Below, in pieces: positions 1 through 14,700 of a DNA stretch of 64,000 bases. The notes beneath the pieces are model-generated. The model had not been told where the DNA came from, searched no databases, and worked only from the letters and a program-made list of their open reading frames with translations. Origin of the DNA: Paraphysomonas bandaiensis (lineage: Eukaryota > Protista > Chrysophyceae); the NCBI GenBank assembly GCA_965644295.1, contig CBFFRP010000378.1, forward strand, positions 372,001 through 436,000. The letters run 5' to 3'. Position numbers and translations under genes: made by a program. Within the stretch, counting starts at the first letter, position 1. Each line of letters begins with the position of its first letter.

Positions 1-80
1 GATACTGAGCATACTTCATCATAATTACTGATAGCAATAGCGAAGAATATATATTCCAAAGAAATTGCTAACTACGCAAC

Positions 81-2824
81 CTATGACTGTTGCGGTTTGT
101 AACTTTCACTCAACGACATGCCTCTTACTCTTTGGTTTGGTATACGAGCCTTGGCGCGCTGGATTAAATGTCGCAGTAAAGCACTGCGTTCCTCTCCGGA
201 TGAAGTCCTACCGGAGAGGAGCTGGCCGTATGCATCCTCTGGACGCACCCTGAAATAAAAGTAATGACAATACAAACACTTCAGCACCAAAAATAATATT
301 TCAACAGCAGAGTCTACTTTCCATGATACACAACGAGACACATCAAAGCGACATACTTGGATATAGTTGTGCTACCCAGGAGTTCCGGACAGGCCCTGTC
401 TCCCTCACCGATCTCCTTGCAGGCAATCATAAGATCATATGCAATACTGGAGCTCACCACAGAGTCGTGCTTATAATCCGGGTGTTCAGTCACAAATTTA
501 CGGATCCAGGATGCCGTTGTCATGAGCCGACCTGTGGCACGACTACAGCACAGTACAAATTACTCAAAAATTACTGAGGTAAGTCTTTCCGCTTACTCTG
601 AGACAAACTTAAGATATTGGTCCACCTTAACAAACGTCTCTTGGTCACAATTGACGTAGTCTAGGTACGCATAGACCAGAGGTAGCAAGCCTGGGAAGTA
701 ACAGCATTTGCCATTGAATATTTCATCTAAACTCATCTCCTCAAACGAGTTCTGTGCGTCCCACTTATTAGTGTTGGCGAATGTAGAGATCTATGACAAG
801 AAACATTTGAGACACAGAAGTCATACCGCAGTAAAATAGAAGTAACTCGTCATATCAGTGTAATGCATAGCAATCATACATCTCATCAGTGGTGAACATA
901 TACGTGGACGGCTTACATGATCCGTCAGATCCTGCTCCGTGAGCCCAGCGGTCGCGCAAGAAGGGTCTGTCATAGATCCACAAGTGTTATAAACCGCGGC
1001 AACTTTGGGGTCATTAAGATCTGGAGGTGATACAAACCGACGGAAAAAAAATTTCTGAGTATTGCAAGAATTTATCATATGCGCCCTCCTCATGTTTTCG
1101 TCCACCTGCAATAAATTCGTCAAACTCAATGCTGTACTCAAATAAAGACATCGGTGCACAATCTACTCTTCTATATAAGTATACCTTAGACAGAGGGATG
1201 TAGAGTGCAAGATCAAAGGCAAGGATAACACGGGTAATGAGCACAACGAAGACTGTAAAGGCTGCATTCTCAAAGTCTGTGAGGGAAAGCTCCATTGATC
1301 GGAACTCCGTACGCCACCCAATATGAGGATCGTCAGGTTTAACTCTAGGGGGGGGAGGCTTCCAACGTACAGTCTGCCAGTTGGTGGACTGAATATTTTC
1401 AAAGTGGTCCGTATGAGTAGAATCATCCAATTCAACTCCATCCTCGAAGATTACAAGAGGATCGCGAACGAACAGATGAGCGATATGGTGAGCAAGGTTC
1501 ATATCTACCCCCGCATCCAGGAGGGTCTGCCTAGTAGGTTCATCGATCTCACAAGGAATATCATTATACATCTCAAACGAGCGCTCACAGTTCTTATCAC
1601 CACTACAATGGTAAATGTAAGTGCTAATAGAATCATAACGACTCTTGTGTAGGCGTTGTACCCCTCTTCCAGTGAGATCAATAGATTCGTCTGACACGGC
1701 ACGCATCTCAGAGTCATCCACTAATCCCCTTTCAGCGTCGGAGCGATCATCAACAGACTGTGAAATAACTGTCCACCTCGCATCAATGTCTGCAAGGCGC
1801 CCTTTGAATATGGGTGTGGCAGCTGTGAGTGAGAGCATGATAGGAGCCAGGACAGCCAGTTGGTCGTACATGTATCTGCTCTCATCCACATCTCTGGCCT
1901 GGAAAGTCACTTGAAGACAACACATTCCCATTCCAAAGGCCATACAGTCCATGTCAATGTATGGTCGGTCGTCGGGAATCTCTCTTGGAAACCCATGCTG
2001 CTCCTGGTCTAGCGACGTCGGAGTACTTCGGGCATATTCCGGAGTGTTAACGTCCTTGAAGAGTGGAACACGGATGTCTACTTTAGAGCCCCGACGCGAT
2101 CGAATGTTGTTTGTTAAGGCGGCAAATCGGGGATGAGGGTTAATAACTATATCAGGAACATAGTCGGATCGAGAGTGAGGTGCATCCAGCTCGACCTGTT
2201 CTCCGCTTCCAACGTGAATGAAGTCCGTTGTCCCCATTAAAGGAAAGGCCGTTACATAAGGTATAATTTCATTCGGCTTTAAAACGGAGAGCAGGCGTCG
2301 TCGACGGAGAAGCATATTTCGTTCCACCCGCAGAAGTTCTGCAACATAGTTCGAGTAAGGTCTGCTCGGAGTTGATTCAACCTGCAAAATAACACATCAT
2401 ATGAACAATTTCATAGAGTAAACACACACACACACTTACCATCCATGCACCATATTCAGGATGCCATGTACATCCATCCGTTAAATGATCCATTGAAACT
2501 TCACAATCCGCCAAAGCATCTCTTATCTACACATAAACATTCCTTTAATATAACATACATACATACATACATACATACACTGTCTATATATATATATATA
2601 CATACCTCAGCTGCACGTATAGATAATTTCACAGTTCTTGTTTTTGTATCAATGACAAATACACCACATTCAATTTCATCCCCCCATCTTAATTTATCAT
2701 CTTTAATATCTTTAATACGATTCCATACATTTAAAAATTGGATGATCCCATGCTGTCTTACATATGCAGAGTATTGACGTGAATTTTCCCATTTTAATGG
2801 TTTACCAACAGCTAATAAACCCAT
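81..2824 (-). CDS. GCLC: Glutamate-cysteine ligase catalytic subunit (eukaryotic type), multi-exon
   Basis: Motifs MGLL..G.PL.W, LRWGDEIE, WHPEYGAWM/VESTP, NPHPRF, MDCMAFGMGMCCLQVTFQA, DHFENIQSTNWQTVRWKPPP, GWRTEFRSME. Exons join through GT-AG introns, and the last exon (RVRPEDAYG...KPQQS*) ends at 81. Confidence 0.96.
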
Positions 2825-4298
2825 ATGAGATGATTAATATATATATCTATGTATATGTTGATATAGATTGTGTTCTATAGTGTTAGGAGTGATATATATG
2901 GAGGGTTATGTGGAGAGTCAACATGCATGTATGTACATGTATGTATGTATGTATGTAGATATAGTAGCTACCTACACCATACATACATACATACAGGTGT
3001 ATGTAGGAATATATATGGAAATCTCTTATATATAGAAATACGTGTATATCCTGCTGAATGTATATGTATTTGTATACATGATGAAGTGTATCTTTTTTGA
3101 TTTTCTACTTCTACAGTCGACGTCGATATGGAGTTTAGGAATTCTATAGGCACATTCATGGGTTGCAAAAAATTTCCAGGTTTTTTCCATTACGTCCGGA
3201 CCGCTAAAAAATAGTGCATACTAGTATTTATGAGAAAGAGTCGTAAAAATCCTGGTTTTTATATATGAACACATAAAAATCTTATTTTCACACAGATATC
3301 CCTGTTATTTTATATATGGATTTCTCCTGTTACTACGATGCAGCTATAGGAGTACTTCGTAGCAGCACAGTGCTCAGCTGCTGTATCCACAACAAGAATT
3401 CATGATGGACTTACCCCAACGATAACATAATGCAATACGGATTATCTCACCTGTCAGCCAGTGATAAGGTGCATATTCACTACTAGATATCACAGTACAT
3501 TGAACTGGACCGTCACAGTGACATGCAAACCATGGAGCATTGTGTCAATGGAGACAACATTGCAACATGAAGGTTGTTATCCTATGACTAACTTGTCGTT
3601 GCCACCAGTACTTTCTTACCGAATGGTCAACATCTGGAGTATGTGCTATATGATAAGGAATGGCCAGTTGCTGATCAGCTCGCTATAATCGCACAAAGTC
3701 ACACAGAAAAATCTGCTGGTAAATGCCTTTATTGTATAACCAGTGCTGATTCTACGAATAACCATGACAAAGGTTATTGACGGTATATTAGCAATGCTCC
3801 AAATGTGCACATGGAGTGCTGTGGAACTAGAAATTTGAAATAAAGATTCACAATACTGGAGTCTAATTATTACGGCGATAGTCAGGCATCTCGACCGCGT
3901 AGAAAACGTATATACAATTTATTTCCTTGGTACTGTGTTTCATTTTGTACTAGCACTGTGATATTATTGTAAGAAACTAGTGTATACACCCCAACAAGCT
4001 TCCAGCAAAAAAAATTTCAATCTTCCCTTCGAACACAATTAATGGAATAATAATATTACATATTACTATAGTTACATAAAGCAACGAACAGATTCTGTTC
4101 TGTTCTTCTAACTGATAATTAGCTATGAAATCGAAAAAATATATATAGCAATATAAACAGTCCACAAAATGTTTCCAATGTACACCACCAAATTACAACG
4201 AAGTTGTAGATACATGACATAGTAGACAAAGGCACAGTGTTGAACAACTAATTCCCATTGGCAATGATGACAGTGCTAAGCAAAATAACAGAGCTTTT

Positions 4299-5213
4299 CT
4301 ACTCGGGGTCTGCTTGTTCCTTCTTGCGCCTCCCAAAGAGAACAGATTTCAATATCAGGAAAAACCAATAGTATTGTAGTCCCAGTACACTCAAAATGAA
4401 GTAGTAATACACCCCATAGGACAAGAGGTACTCTCGAACAGACAGTAGAGCGGTGGATGCGTTAACAATTCTCAGAAAAAAGAAGGCAATAGCAAACGAT
4501 TGCTCGAGGAAATTAATTCCGAATTGCATAATCGGAGTAGCTGGCTTGCCTCTATTCCATGCACGAGCAACCCAAGCCACATTGAAGCATATGGTAGAGA
4601 TCTCTGTGGCAAGCAAGTGAGGAAGGAGTTGTACGACCGGCCCAGAAGCTGTGAACCCTCTGTACAAGAGGGCAATTGTCAGAATATGATGGACCATATA
4701 GATATATTGTCCTTCAAAAGCTTTCTTTAAATGATAACCTAGAGTGTCCCCGACAAAGAAGCCTAGAGAAAATGGGATGACTCCTGTACTGGAGTATACA
4801 AGCCGATAGTGATCCTCCGGAAAGGCTTGTGGGCTTTGAAAGTACAAATACAAGTCCGAAACAATCACAAAAAAGAAGTACGGGGCGACAACAAGGTGAT
4901 GAAAGGTACTGAGAATATACGTGGGAAGTTCGTCTTTCTTACGAGCTGGTAAGTTACTATAGAACTCAGGTGCAATGGATAAGACGATATCTTTGAATAA
5001 GAAATGGAGTGTCGCAGTGACTGCAGCCCATAGAGCAACACAGCATAGAAAAGGAACCACTGAATCATCATTGACTTGTGGATCCACATATACATATGCC
5101 TTTTGAATAAATTCTGTGCTGTATATACACATATTAACCACTATATATATATATATATGTATGTATACTTACTACTGATTAAATAATCCAGAAGCAGCCG
5201 TTATAATCGACAT
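4299..5213 (-). CDS. TLC (TRAM/LAG1/CLN8) domain membrane protein
   Basis: Several hydrophobic helices with TLC signatures (STFHH, YMVHH, TEISTICFN, FFFLRI, LQYYWF). A short first exon MSIITAASGLFNQ(Y) splices in frame through a GTAAGT...TACAG intron. Confidence 0.85.
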
Positions 5214-7284
5214 CTCACCGAGCAAGAGTATGGGATAGGAAAGGACAGGATCAGAGAACAATAGGTACAACAAGTACCTTTATAAGAGTTAATATAACGA
5301 GTAGATTGTTGGAATATAATGGTAATGTTACTATGGGATTAACATCTTGAAATATACGTATGTATGATCTCTATAGACTGTAACATATAGAAAGATGGGT
5401 ATGTATGTATATTCTAGAAGAAGAATAACAAGAAAAATAGAAGTCTGACATATGAAGAGAAGTGAAAGAAATTGATTGGAATATTACTATTCTGCTGCTG
5501 GTGATGTGTGATAAATAGCCAATGATCATAGGTTAGTAGGTAATGATTGGATATGATAGATTTGTGGTGAGTGTTGTGGAGAATATAACCAATGAAAAGT
5601 GTTGAATAGATATTGATTTGAATGTGTGCATCTGTTGGATTGCACTATACATATACATGCAAACACTGCATGCGGTATATATACATATGGGAGGATATGC
5701 ACATCTATTGCATTGTAGACATGTACATGTACAGCATACATTGCAGCAGTTAACATAGAGATGTCCTACCTATCAAGTGCAAAAGAGTTATGATGAAGTA
5801 AGTTATCACCTCATCAAACGTATACAGTGAATATATATACCCATACTAACAGCACAGCAATCGATATGCAGTCATGTATATATACACACTGTTCGACTAA
5901 ACTTGGTACTTACAGATCCAAGATCCCATACATACCAGTATACTGGGGATTTCTTCGTGATCGATATGAAAACAAATGACATCATTTTGGGCTTACCGGC
6001 TTAAACTGGAAGGTTATATCCATTCATGTGTGCAGTTATGCAGCATGCCCAACAGCTGAGTTCGTTAGACATGGACATGGATACAAATGATGAGCCTATT
6101 TATCCCTGTTTTCTTATATGTGTTGTAAGTATCGCAGATCATTTTTTTGTTATAAAATTTAGTGTTTGTTTAATTAACACAATTAACGTCTTGGACTAAT
6201 CATAATTTACATAACGTAGAAATGGGATCACACTCCATAGAACGACCCTTTGCATTCCAGGTAAACTACTGCAACATGATGAGTTTCGATGTATGAGAGC
6301 AATTAAAAGCTGTAGTTCAAAGATATATGGAATAATACTGACGTGGTTAACTGTAATATGAGAACTAATGTCATGATAGTAATCATAGTAGTGAAACTGA
6401 AATATATTGCCCGTATCAGATCGTGATATCTAAGATCTACAAAAAAGTGTCTATATCTCTATAATGCCACTAAAACGTAGACCCCCTGAGCGCTAATAAA
6501 ATACTCTATATGCAACAATAACAATCATTTACATATATTTCGTAATATAGAACAGTAGAGTAATTGTGATCCAATAGTCGTCAGGCTCATCCTATAATAT
6601 ATAACATAGAGATAACTAAAATATCTCATCCGTCATATTTGTGGTGCAAGAAATAGGATTTTTACTGCCACAGAAACCAATATGACTCATATTTCTAGTT
6701 AATACTACATATGTAGTTTAGAATAACGAATCACATATACTTCCTATAGTTGTTGAGAAAAGAACTTGTATATCTCTATGAAATTACTGTATAGAATATG
6801 GTTCGCAGATTTCTCGATGATTCAAAATTTAATATCTGGTACAACTGTTAAGAATTAAACAGATAAAGAAGATGCATACTGACTTGATAATAGGCTATAT
6901 GATGCAAGATTCATTACTTTATCTTATAATGTATTAATAAAATACTATTTCAAGAAGATACCCCTAAGTGTCCTACAATGAGAATATGTACTACGTCAAC
7001 TGCAGAATGAAAACCACGAAGTCATAAAACTCTTTGTAACTGTTTGTAAGATGTGAAAATTTATTAATACTTCATTCTACAGCAGCTAATATTTCAAAGT
7101 CGTTGACTTATTCATAATATCTCATACGCATAGTACAACAGGAAAATTAGCAAGACAACGTTAGCTCGCCATCTATGTCGCATAGTATGAAAATAGTCTT
7201 CACAGCTAGATATTATACTGCATTTACATTAAAAACGCACTCCATAGTCGTGCAACGATACATGTTAGGGGAGCGTTAAGAGTT

Positions 7285-10200
7285 TCATGGCGACTCCTCG
7301 ACAATGAAGAGTTGTCCCTGGAGCTCATGAATACGATGATAATCTCGTTCCAGCTGCTCCGTATTCGAATTGATCAACACCACAACCCCCCCAAAATTGA
7401 AGTAATTAATTGTAGGTGTGATATTTTGTCCTAATTTGTTAAATATTTCCATACGGACAAACGAAGACATCTGGCGGATCTCCTCGATAATTTCAGCGCT
7501 GATTTCAAGCAGAAGTCCCCTCACAGTGCAGAGTATAAAGCAAAGTCTTCCATCGCTATATCGCTCAGTTGGCTACAATAAAAAATTGAATAATTGCTAA
7601 AAGATGATGAAATAAATAGAACGTACCAGATCTCTGAGTGCCTTGAACTTGTCTTCAAATAGATACGCATCCACACATGCGCTTGGCTGATTGCAATTCA
7701 ATACTGCATCTGCAACTGGTATCCACGCTCCCTCAGCCCCGTGGCATCGAGCACCCACTTCCACAAGTACAGGTTCCCCCTTGAACCATTTCACTTCCCC
7801 GTGGCTTGCGCCATTCTTAATGCCCAGGGCATTAACGACCTTTTTCTGATACTCCACGAGAGTATTGAACCTCTCCGGGTCATCGGAAATAAGGCACAGT
7901 TTCTGGCCGTACACTACAAAACCTGCACCATTCGCGGGTCTGCGATCATACTGCCATATGGCAGTTACTTTGTGTTCCCCATCTCTACCCACCATGTCTA
8001 CAACGTACTCGGTACCTTCCAGAAACTCCTGAACTAAGATAGACTTATTGATGATTCCCAGTCCATTCTTCTTGCCATAGAGATTATTAAAGGCAGTGTG
8101 GCATTGCTCCATATTTAAACAAAGTGTGACACCTTCTGACCCAGCACTGTCCATAGGCTTCACGATCACCTTGAATGGATCGGGCTGCCACTCCTCGATA
8201 TATTCCTGGATCTCACTCCATGTGGTCGCCTTGAGCTGGCGAACTGCACGGATACCCGCTGCACGAACTGTTTCACCCATGACAAACTTATTCCGGCGCG
8301 CCTCACTCTGAGCAGTTCCATTGGTACGTAGATTGAGGTGGCTAGAGAGCTGGTCGGCGAGCTCAACGCCTGTCTCTGCACCTGCGAACACAGCAACTAT
8401 ATTATCGCTTACGGCCCTCATACCAGCAGCCATGACATTAATGTCATTGTCGAATCCAATTACAGCATCAAATGTTAGCGAAATTCCTTCCGGCACAAGG
8501 TTCTGTAAGTTCCCGAGTTTCTCGAGCTCAGCACTGTACACAGCAATTACCCGAAGTCCACGAGCCGTGAGCTCTGCTGCGAGGCAGGCACCAGTTGAAA
8601 ACGGATCTACCACAGCTGCACAAGGCAACTCTCTGGTCTTTACCGTCTCCACTGTAAACAGAGACGTCTGAAGTTCTTCAATGCTGCATGATATATATAT
8701 CAGACACATATTATAAAGCAACAAACACATACCGTGCATAATCTCTCTCGAATGTTTCTTCATCTTCATTTACCAATTGAACGCACCCTGATACTGTGAA
8801 GCAGTTACGAGACTTCACAATCTTTCCCCCAACTTTTACAAACATCTGGTGTCCACGATAAGAAGCCATGGCTTTGATTTCGTCGATGACCTCTTGGTTG
8901 ATAGCCTGTGTTATAGTGCTCACGTAAGCATACAGTGTAGCTCGATATTAAAACCGAGAGCCTTACCTCGAGAGTACCTTCTTGGTAGCTGATAATAAAT
9001 TTGAGTGCTGCATACTTGTATCGGGAGACTGGCTGAAATATAAAACTATGATAATTGATTAAAGGGAACGAAAATAACTATACCAGCGGTGGGATTGCAT
9101 CGAACACCTCAGGAGGGTCCAAGTACATCTCCACAGTAGCTTTGGCCTGGTTGAATCCTGTGGCCTCCTCTGCAGGATCCACCCACAGGCCATCACTACC
9201 ATGACATCGTGAACCCACTTCCACGAGTACAGGCTCTCCCTTAAACCACTTCACCTCCCCGTGACTGGGACCATTCTTGATGCCCAACGCAGTTACAACC
9301 TTCTTCTGATACTCCACAAGCATAGAGTAGCGGTCAGAAAACTCCGGTATAATTCGCAGGCGCTGTCCGTAGACAACGAATTGGGCGTCATTAGCAGCTC
9401 TGCGATCATATTCCCATATGGTCACAACCTTATGTTCGCCATCACGGCTGACCATGTCAATGACATACTCTGGGCCTTCAAGATACTCTTGTACCAGCAC
9501 AGCTTTGTTCACAAGCCCAAGGCCGTTCACCTTACCTATGATATTACCAAAAGCAGCCTGCGTTTCCTCAATGCTTAAACAAAGTGTGACATCATCTGAC
9601 CCAGCACTGTCCATAGGCTTCACGATCACCTTGAATGGATCGGGCTGCCACTCCTCGATATATTCCTGGATCTCACTCCATGTGGTCGCCTTGAGCTGGC
9701 GAACTGCACGGATACCCGCTGCACGAACTGTTTCACCCATGACAAACTTATTCCGGCGCGCCTCACTCTGAGCAGTTCCATTGGTACGTAGATTGAGGTG
9801 GCTAGAGAGCTGGTCGGCGAGCTCAACGCCTGTCTCTGCACCTGCAATCACAGCAACTACTGGCCATTCCAGCGCCTTGATCTCGCTTACGAGGTTAGTA
9901 AAAGCAATAGTACTGTCAACTGTACTATTCAATGAAAGCACAGCACTGAAAGAGTAGTTGAGCCCCTCGGGAACCATATCCAAAAGACCTTCCAGACTTG
10001 CAGACAATACACAAATCACCTTATATCCCTTCAAGAATGCTTTATAAGCAACCATTGCACCAGTAGAAAATGTATCAACAATAATAACAGCTTCATTTTT
10101 TACAGGAATAGAAGGAGATAATTTCTTATGAAATGGTATATCAGCATTAATAAGTGGCTTTGGTATGACAGGCTCGGATGATATAACAACATTCTCAAAA

Positions 10201-10427
10201 TGACGACGAAACATCACATCATTCAGTTTCATGGGATGCCTTTGATGTAATTTATTTTTATTAACAAATGTAACAGCACGTTTAAGATTTGGTCCATTAT
10301 GTTTACGTGTTGATACAGATAATAGATTACGTTCATCAAATGTAAGTGCTTTACGCATGTATGGGGATGAACCAAAAGGGTCTTCATTTGTTGAAGGGGG
10401 GGTTGGTAGAGTGTTGTTATTTCCCAT
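7285..10427 (-). CDS. Tandem two-module ATP-grasp ligase (L-amino-acid ligase / DdaF-NikS-like)
   Basis: Two copies of VD(T/P)FSTGA...GAETGVELAD...RRNKF.M...IVKPMDSAGS...LVQE(Y/F)LEG.EYV.D...HGEVK...LVEVG.RCHG. Four introns join both modules into one frame. The start is uncertain (MGNNNT at 10427 or MSPQAV at 10520). Confidence 0.85.
8135..9845. repeat. 251-bp identical direct repeat (8135-8385 = 9595-9845) between the two ATP-grasp modules
   Basis: Base-by-base identity at offset 1460; the flanks diverge. Confidence 0.93.
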
Positions 10428-10640
10428 GGTGTTATATAAGGTAACATTTATGATGGATTGGAGAGATTGATATTCTTGGAGGTGTGGAGGATGGATATCA
10501 GAGACTGCCTGTGGAGACATATGTTTTAATATACATCTTGGTGGACACATGTTTTCATTGGAAATGACGTATGTGGTATCATTGTACACATATACATCAT
10601 GCAGCAGTACATATATAGGTACAGTCGTACAGTACCTGTG

Positions 10641-10712
10641 TACATATATACATACATACATACATACATACATACATACATACATACATACATACATACA
10701 TACATACATACA

Positions 10713-10746
<34 letters not shown>

Positions 10747-11477
10747 CATACATACATACATACATACATACATACATACATACATACATACATACATACA
10801 TACATACATACATACATACATACATACATACATACATACATACATACATACATACATACATACATACATACATACATACATACATACATACATACATACA
10901 TACATACATACATACATACATACATACATACATACATACATACATACATACATACATACATACATACATACATACATACATACATACATACATACATACA
11001 TACATACATACATACATACATACATACATACATACATACATACATACATACATACATACATACATACATACATACATACATACATACATACATACAAACA
11101 TACATACATACATACATACATACATACATACATACATACATACATACATACATACATACATACATACATACATACATACATACATACATACATACATACA
11201 TACATACATACATACATACATACATACATACATACATACATACATACATACATACATACATACATACATACATACATACATACATACATACATACATACA
11301 TACATACATACATACATACATACATACATACATACATACAAACATACATACATACATACATACATACATACATACATACATACATACATACATACATACA
11401 TACATACATACATACATACATACATACATACATACATACATACATACATACATACATACATACATACATACATACAT
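10641..11477. repeat. (TACA)n microsatellite, ~835 bp
   Basis: Near-perfect tetranucleotide array with a few substitutions, between two divergent genes. Confidence 0.99.
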
Positions 11478-11763
11478 CATATCTTCAGTACAATGTTCGT
11501 ATCGAATGTATGGAAAGATAAAAAAAGAAAAGGATAACACAAAAATACAACCATCAAGTGGGTTGTAGATATGCGGTGGGCATTTAATAACACTCCCCCA
11601 TACATACATACATACACCACACATACACATCTCGCTCCATACATACATATACACATACATCCATTGAACACCACAATATACACCCACTCCACCATTCATA
11701 TAATTAACACTCATATATAACATTTAATACGCAAACTACGGTATATTCCGCTTGTTTTGCGTT

Positions 11764-14700
11764 ATGTTTAACAAGAATCAGACTTTGATCTTTGGTGGTT
11801 CAGTCCTTATAGCACTTATTGGTGTTGGATTGTTTTATTGGTTTCGTCCATATAAAACACAGAATAAAACTATAACAAACTCTGATAAAAAAGATAATAT
11901 TAAGGATACATTTGATAAGAAATCTTTAGATGAGAAGGATACAGTTCATACACCGAATGATACACCTGTAGTAAAATCAACAGAGGATAATACAGCCCCT
12001 ACATTGGAAGATGATGATGAGGATGATGATGAAGATGAGGAGAGTAACTCTAATGAAGTGGCATTGAAAACTGCATATGATGATGCTCTTCGTATGGCGA
12101 AAAAACTTCTTAATGGTGGCAAATTCTCTAAAGCTGCGGATAAGTTTACTGAAGCTATTGGTCTCGCTGATCAGATTCCATCAGCCAGTAAAGATATCAT
12201 TACTCTTTACAACAATCGCAGGTAATAATTATTGTTTGTTGTTGTATTATTTTTGTGAACTTATAATGGTGATATGCAGTGCTATGTATGAGAAATGCGG
12301 CGAGCTTGACAGCAGCTTAAATGATATTATGGTTGTATTGACTATGGACGCCAATCACCTGAAAGCGCGTGTTCGTCGTGCAAGAATATATGAAGTCCAG
12401 GTACTCCATCTTGTCTGTCGTACTCTATGAACTATATTACAGTTATGGTTTATTACAGGGGCGTGTCAAAGAGGCTCTTGACGACTATGCTCTGGCCGTT
12501 CTTCTCGAACGTTCCAAAGGACTCCCACCTACTAATATGGAAAAGATTGATGAGCTTGTGAAGCAGCTCGCCACAAGCCAGCTGAATGGTGTAATGGAAA
12601 TGGTTAAAGCCGGAAAAGTTCGGTTAGTACATCCTGTCTGCGTGTTTTCTGCATGATCATATCTATCTAGCGACTCTAATTGTTGTACATGCCGCTCACG
12701 TTTTTATGGTGTCATACAGAGCACTTCCTAGTAAGTCTCATTGTCGTAACTTCATGGACTCTTTTCCTTCTTATCACATATGGAAAATTCAATTCGCACA
12801 GACAGATAGGTATGATACCAGATTTGCTGTTTTGCTCATCTCGTTTATTGGCAAATTGGACTTACATTTCCTTCTGCTGAATATATGAATGTTTGTATTG
12901 TTTAACATTACTTTGTGTAAAAGAGAGGAGCTTGTTGAGGCCGTGACCTCCAAAGGTGGTCCATTTATGGAAGGCGAACAGTGGTCGGACATGACTGCAC
13001 TAGATCACATGACCCTAGAGACCATCCCTGCTAGATTTGAGGTAACGAATCCTACTATCACTGTGTACCTTGTGTGATATGAATGTGTATATCCTGAAGT
13101 ATTTAAACGGATGTTCTTTAGACGGTTTTCACTCTGGCGTGTTTTGACTTGTCTCGCGGCGCGTTCCGTAAAGGATTTGATGAGATTTCTCGAGCATTCC
13201 ACGTTTTGCGCTCAGCGGAGTTTCCATCTGCTAACGAGAAGGAGAAGCAATACCACGAGATGTACACGGAGTTGATGAACACTAGCGAGTCATTCAGAAG
13301 GTATTGATCACTTGCTCGTTTGGAAAATACTATACCGTGATTTATTGTTCTGTATATTCTTTATATATTCTTGTAATATGCTGTGGTTTACAGCATTGCG
13401 GCTTCTTTGGAGGACCTACATGGTACCTCGCTACACCTTCGAGCTGACCTCCAAGGTGCTAAGCAGTGTTACGAGAACTCTCTTGCTATTCGTCCTCTAC
13501 CTCACGGTTTTGAAACTGCTCTCAAGCTAGCCTCTATTTTTGTTGAGATCGGCACGACTGAGGAGGTGCGTGTCATGTGGATGTGCCTGTGGCGTGATGT
13601 TTTTTTCGTAAATATTGTTATTACGACTGTGGCTGATTTTATCGTTAGAGCTCGCGCATGTATGACTCTATCCTCACCTCTATTTCTACTGAGAGTGATG
13701 AGCTTGAGAAACAATCTAAGACAGCATGGTTGTGTATTCACCGTGTCTCGAAGTGGGTTACAAGGTAAGTTATCACCTCATATTTGATAATAATATGCGT
13801 AACTCTGTACGCCATGTGTATTCAGAGACGAGCAAGGAAAGTATCCTGACAACGCTCTGGAAAAGGCAAAAGAGAATGTCGATGAGGCTTTGGCTTTGAC
13901 TGCATTTTATGGTTAGTTTTACACAGAGAATAATTCCCAGCATTTAAAAAGTTTCACAACCATGTATTGCAGAGGACGACAGCTCGAAGGAAAGATCCGC
14001 CGCAGTCAAGAGCTGCCGCTTGCTGGCCTTTGTGAAGAGAGTGCATGTCCTAATCCAGGCAAAGAGCCAGGTGCTGAATAAGTCATATAACTAATAAACC
14101 AGGAGTAATTGTATTAACTCATAATGCTTTGGATAATGCTGTAGATGGGGCAACAACCGGATAATGACGACATTAAGTACGCTAAGGAAGCCGTCGAGGA
14201 AGCGAAGAAACTCTTCCCAGACTACGAAACGGTAACTTGTTGTGTTGTATCATGCTCACTTCGAGTTATTATTACCAATTCATCAATATGTCGTTAACAC
14301 TGTGTTCTATATTAGGCACTTATGTTGGAAGTGGAGTTTATGACGACAGATGGTAACTTTGATGGCGCAGTTGAACAGATTGATCGTGTTATTGCTAAAT
14401 CTGACGGTGATGACGCTATCCCTTATGTCTTCAAAGCCAACACTCTGGCACAGAAGGTTAGTCTGCTGTAAATGCTGCCCAATTGTGGAGTTAACGTGAC
14501 ACCTCTAGGCTATGATGCACTTCTCTATCGCTCAGCAGTACAACAGCCAGAAAGATGTTATGGAAGGTCAAAACATTCTCAAGGTGTGAATACATATTGT
14601 GACTAGTTTGCGCATATTATTACTAACGTGTTATGGCAATATTAGGAAGTAGATGAGCTCTTTGAGAAGGCTATTGAACTAGACGCCAATGGTAAGTATG

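Noticed and set aside
3330-3900. Coding-like stretch upstream of GCLC
   Set aside because: Frames are interrupted by stops and no motif was recognised; possibly a decayed fragment.
5760-7280. Long intergenic region checked for RNA genes
   Set aside because: No tRNA, rRNA or snRNA pattern and no credible ORF seen by eye.
10526-11723. Long MYVC/HTYI-repeat ORFs, including the N-terminal part of the 881-aa ORF
   Set aside because: Translations of the stop-free (TACA)n microsatellite.
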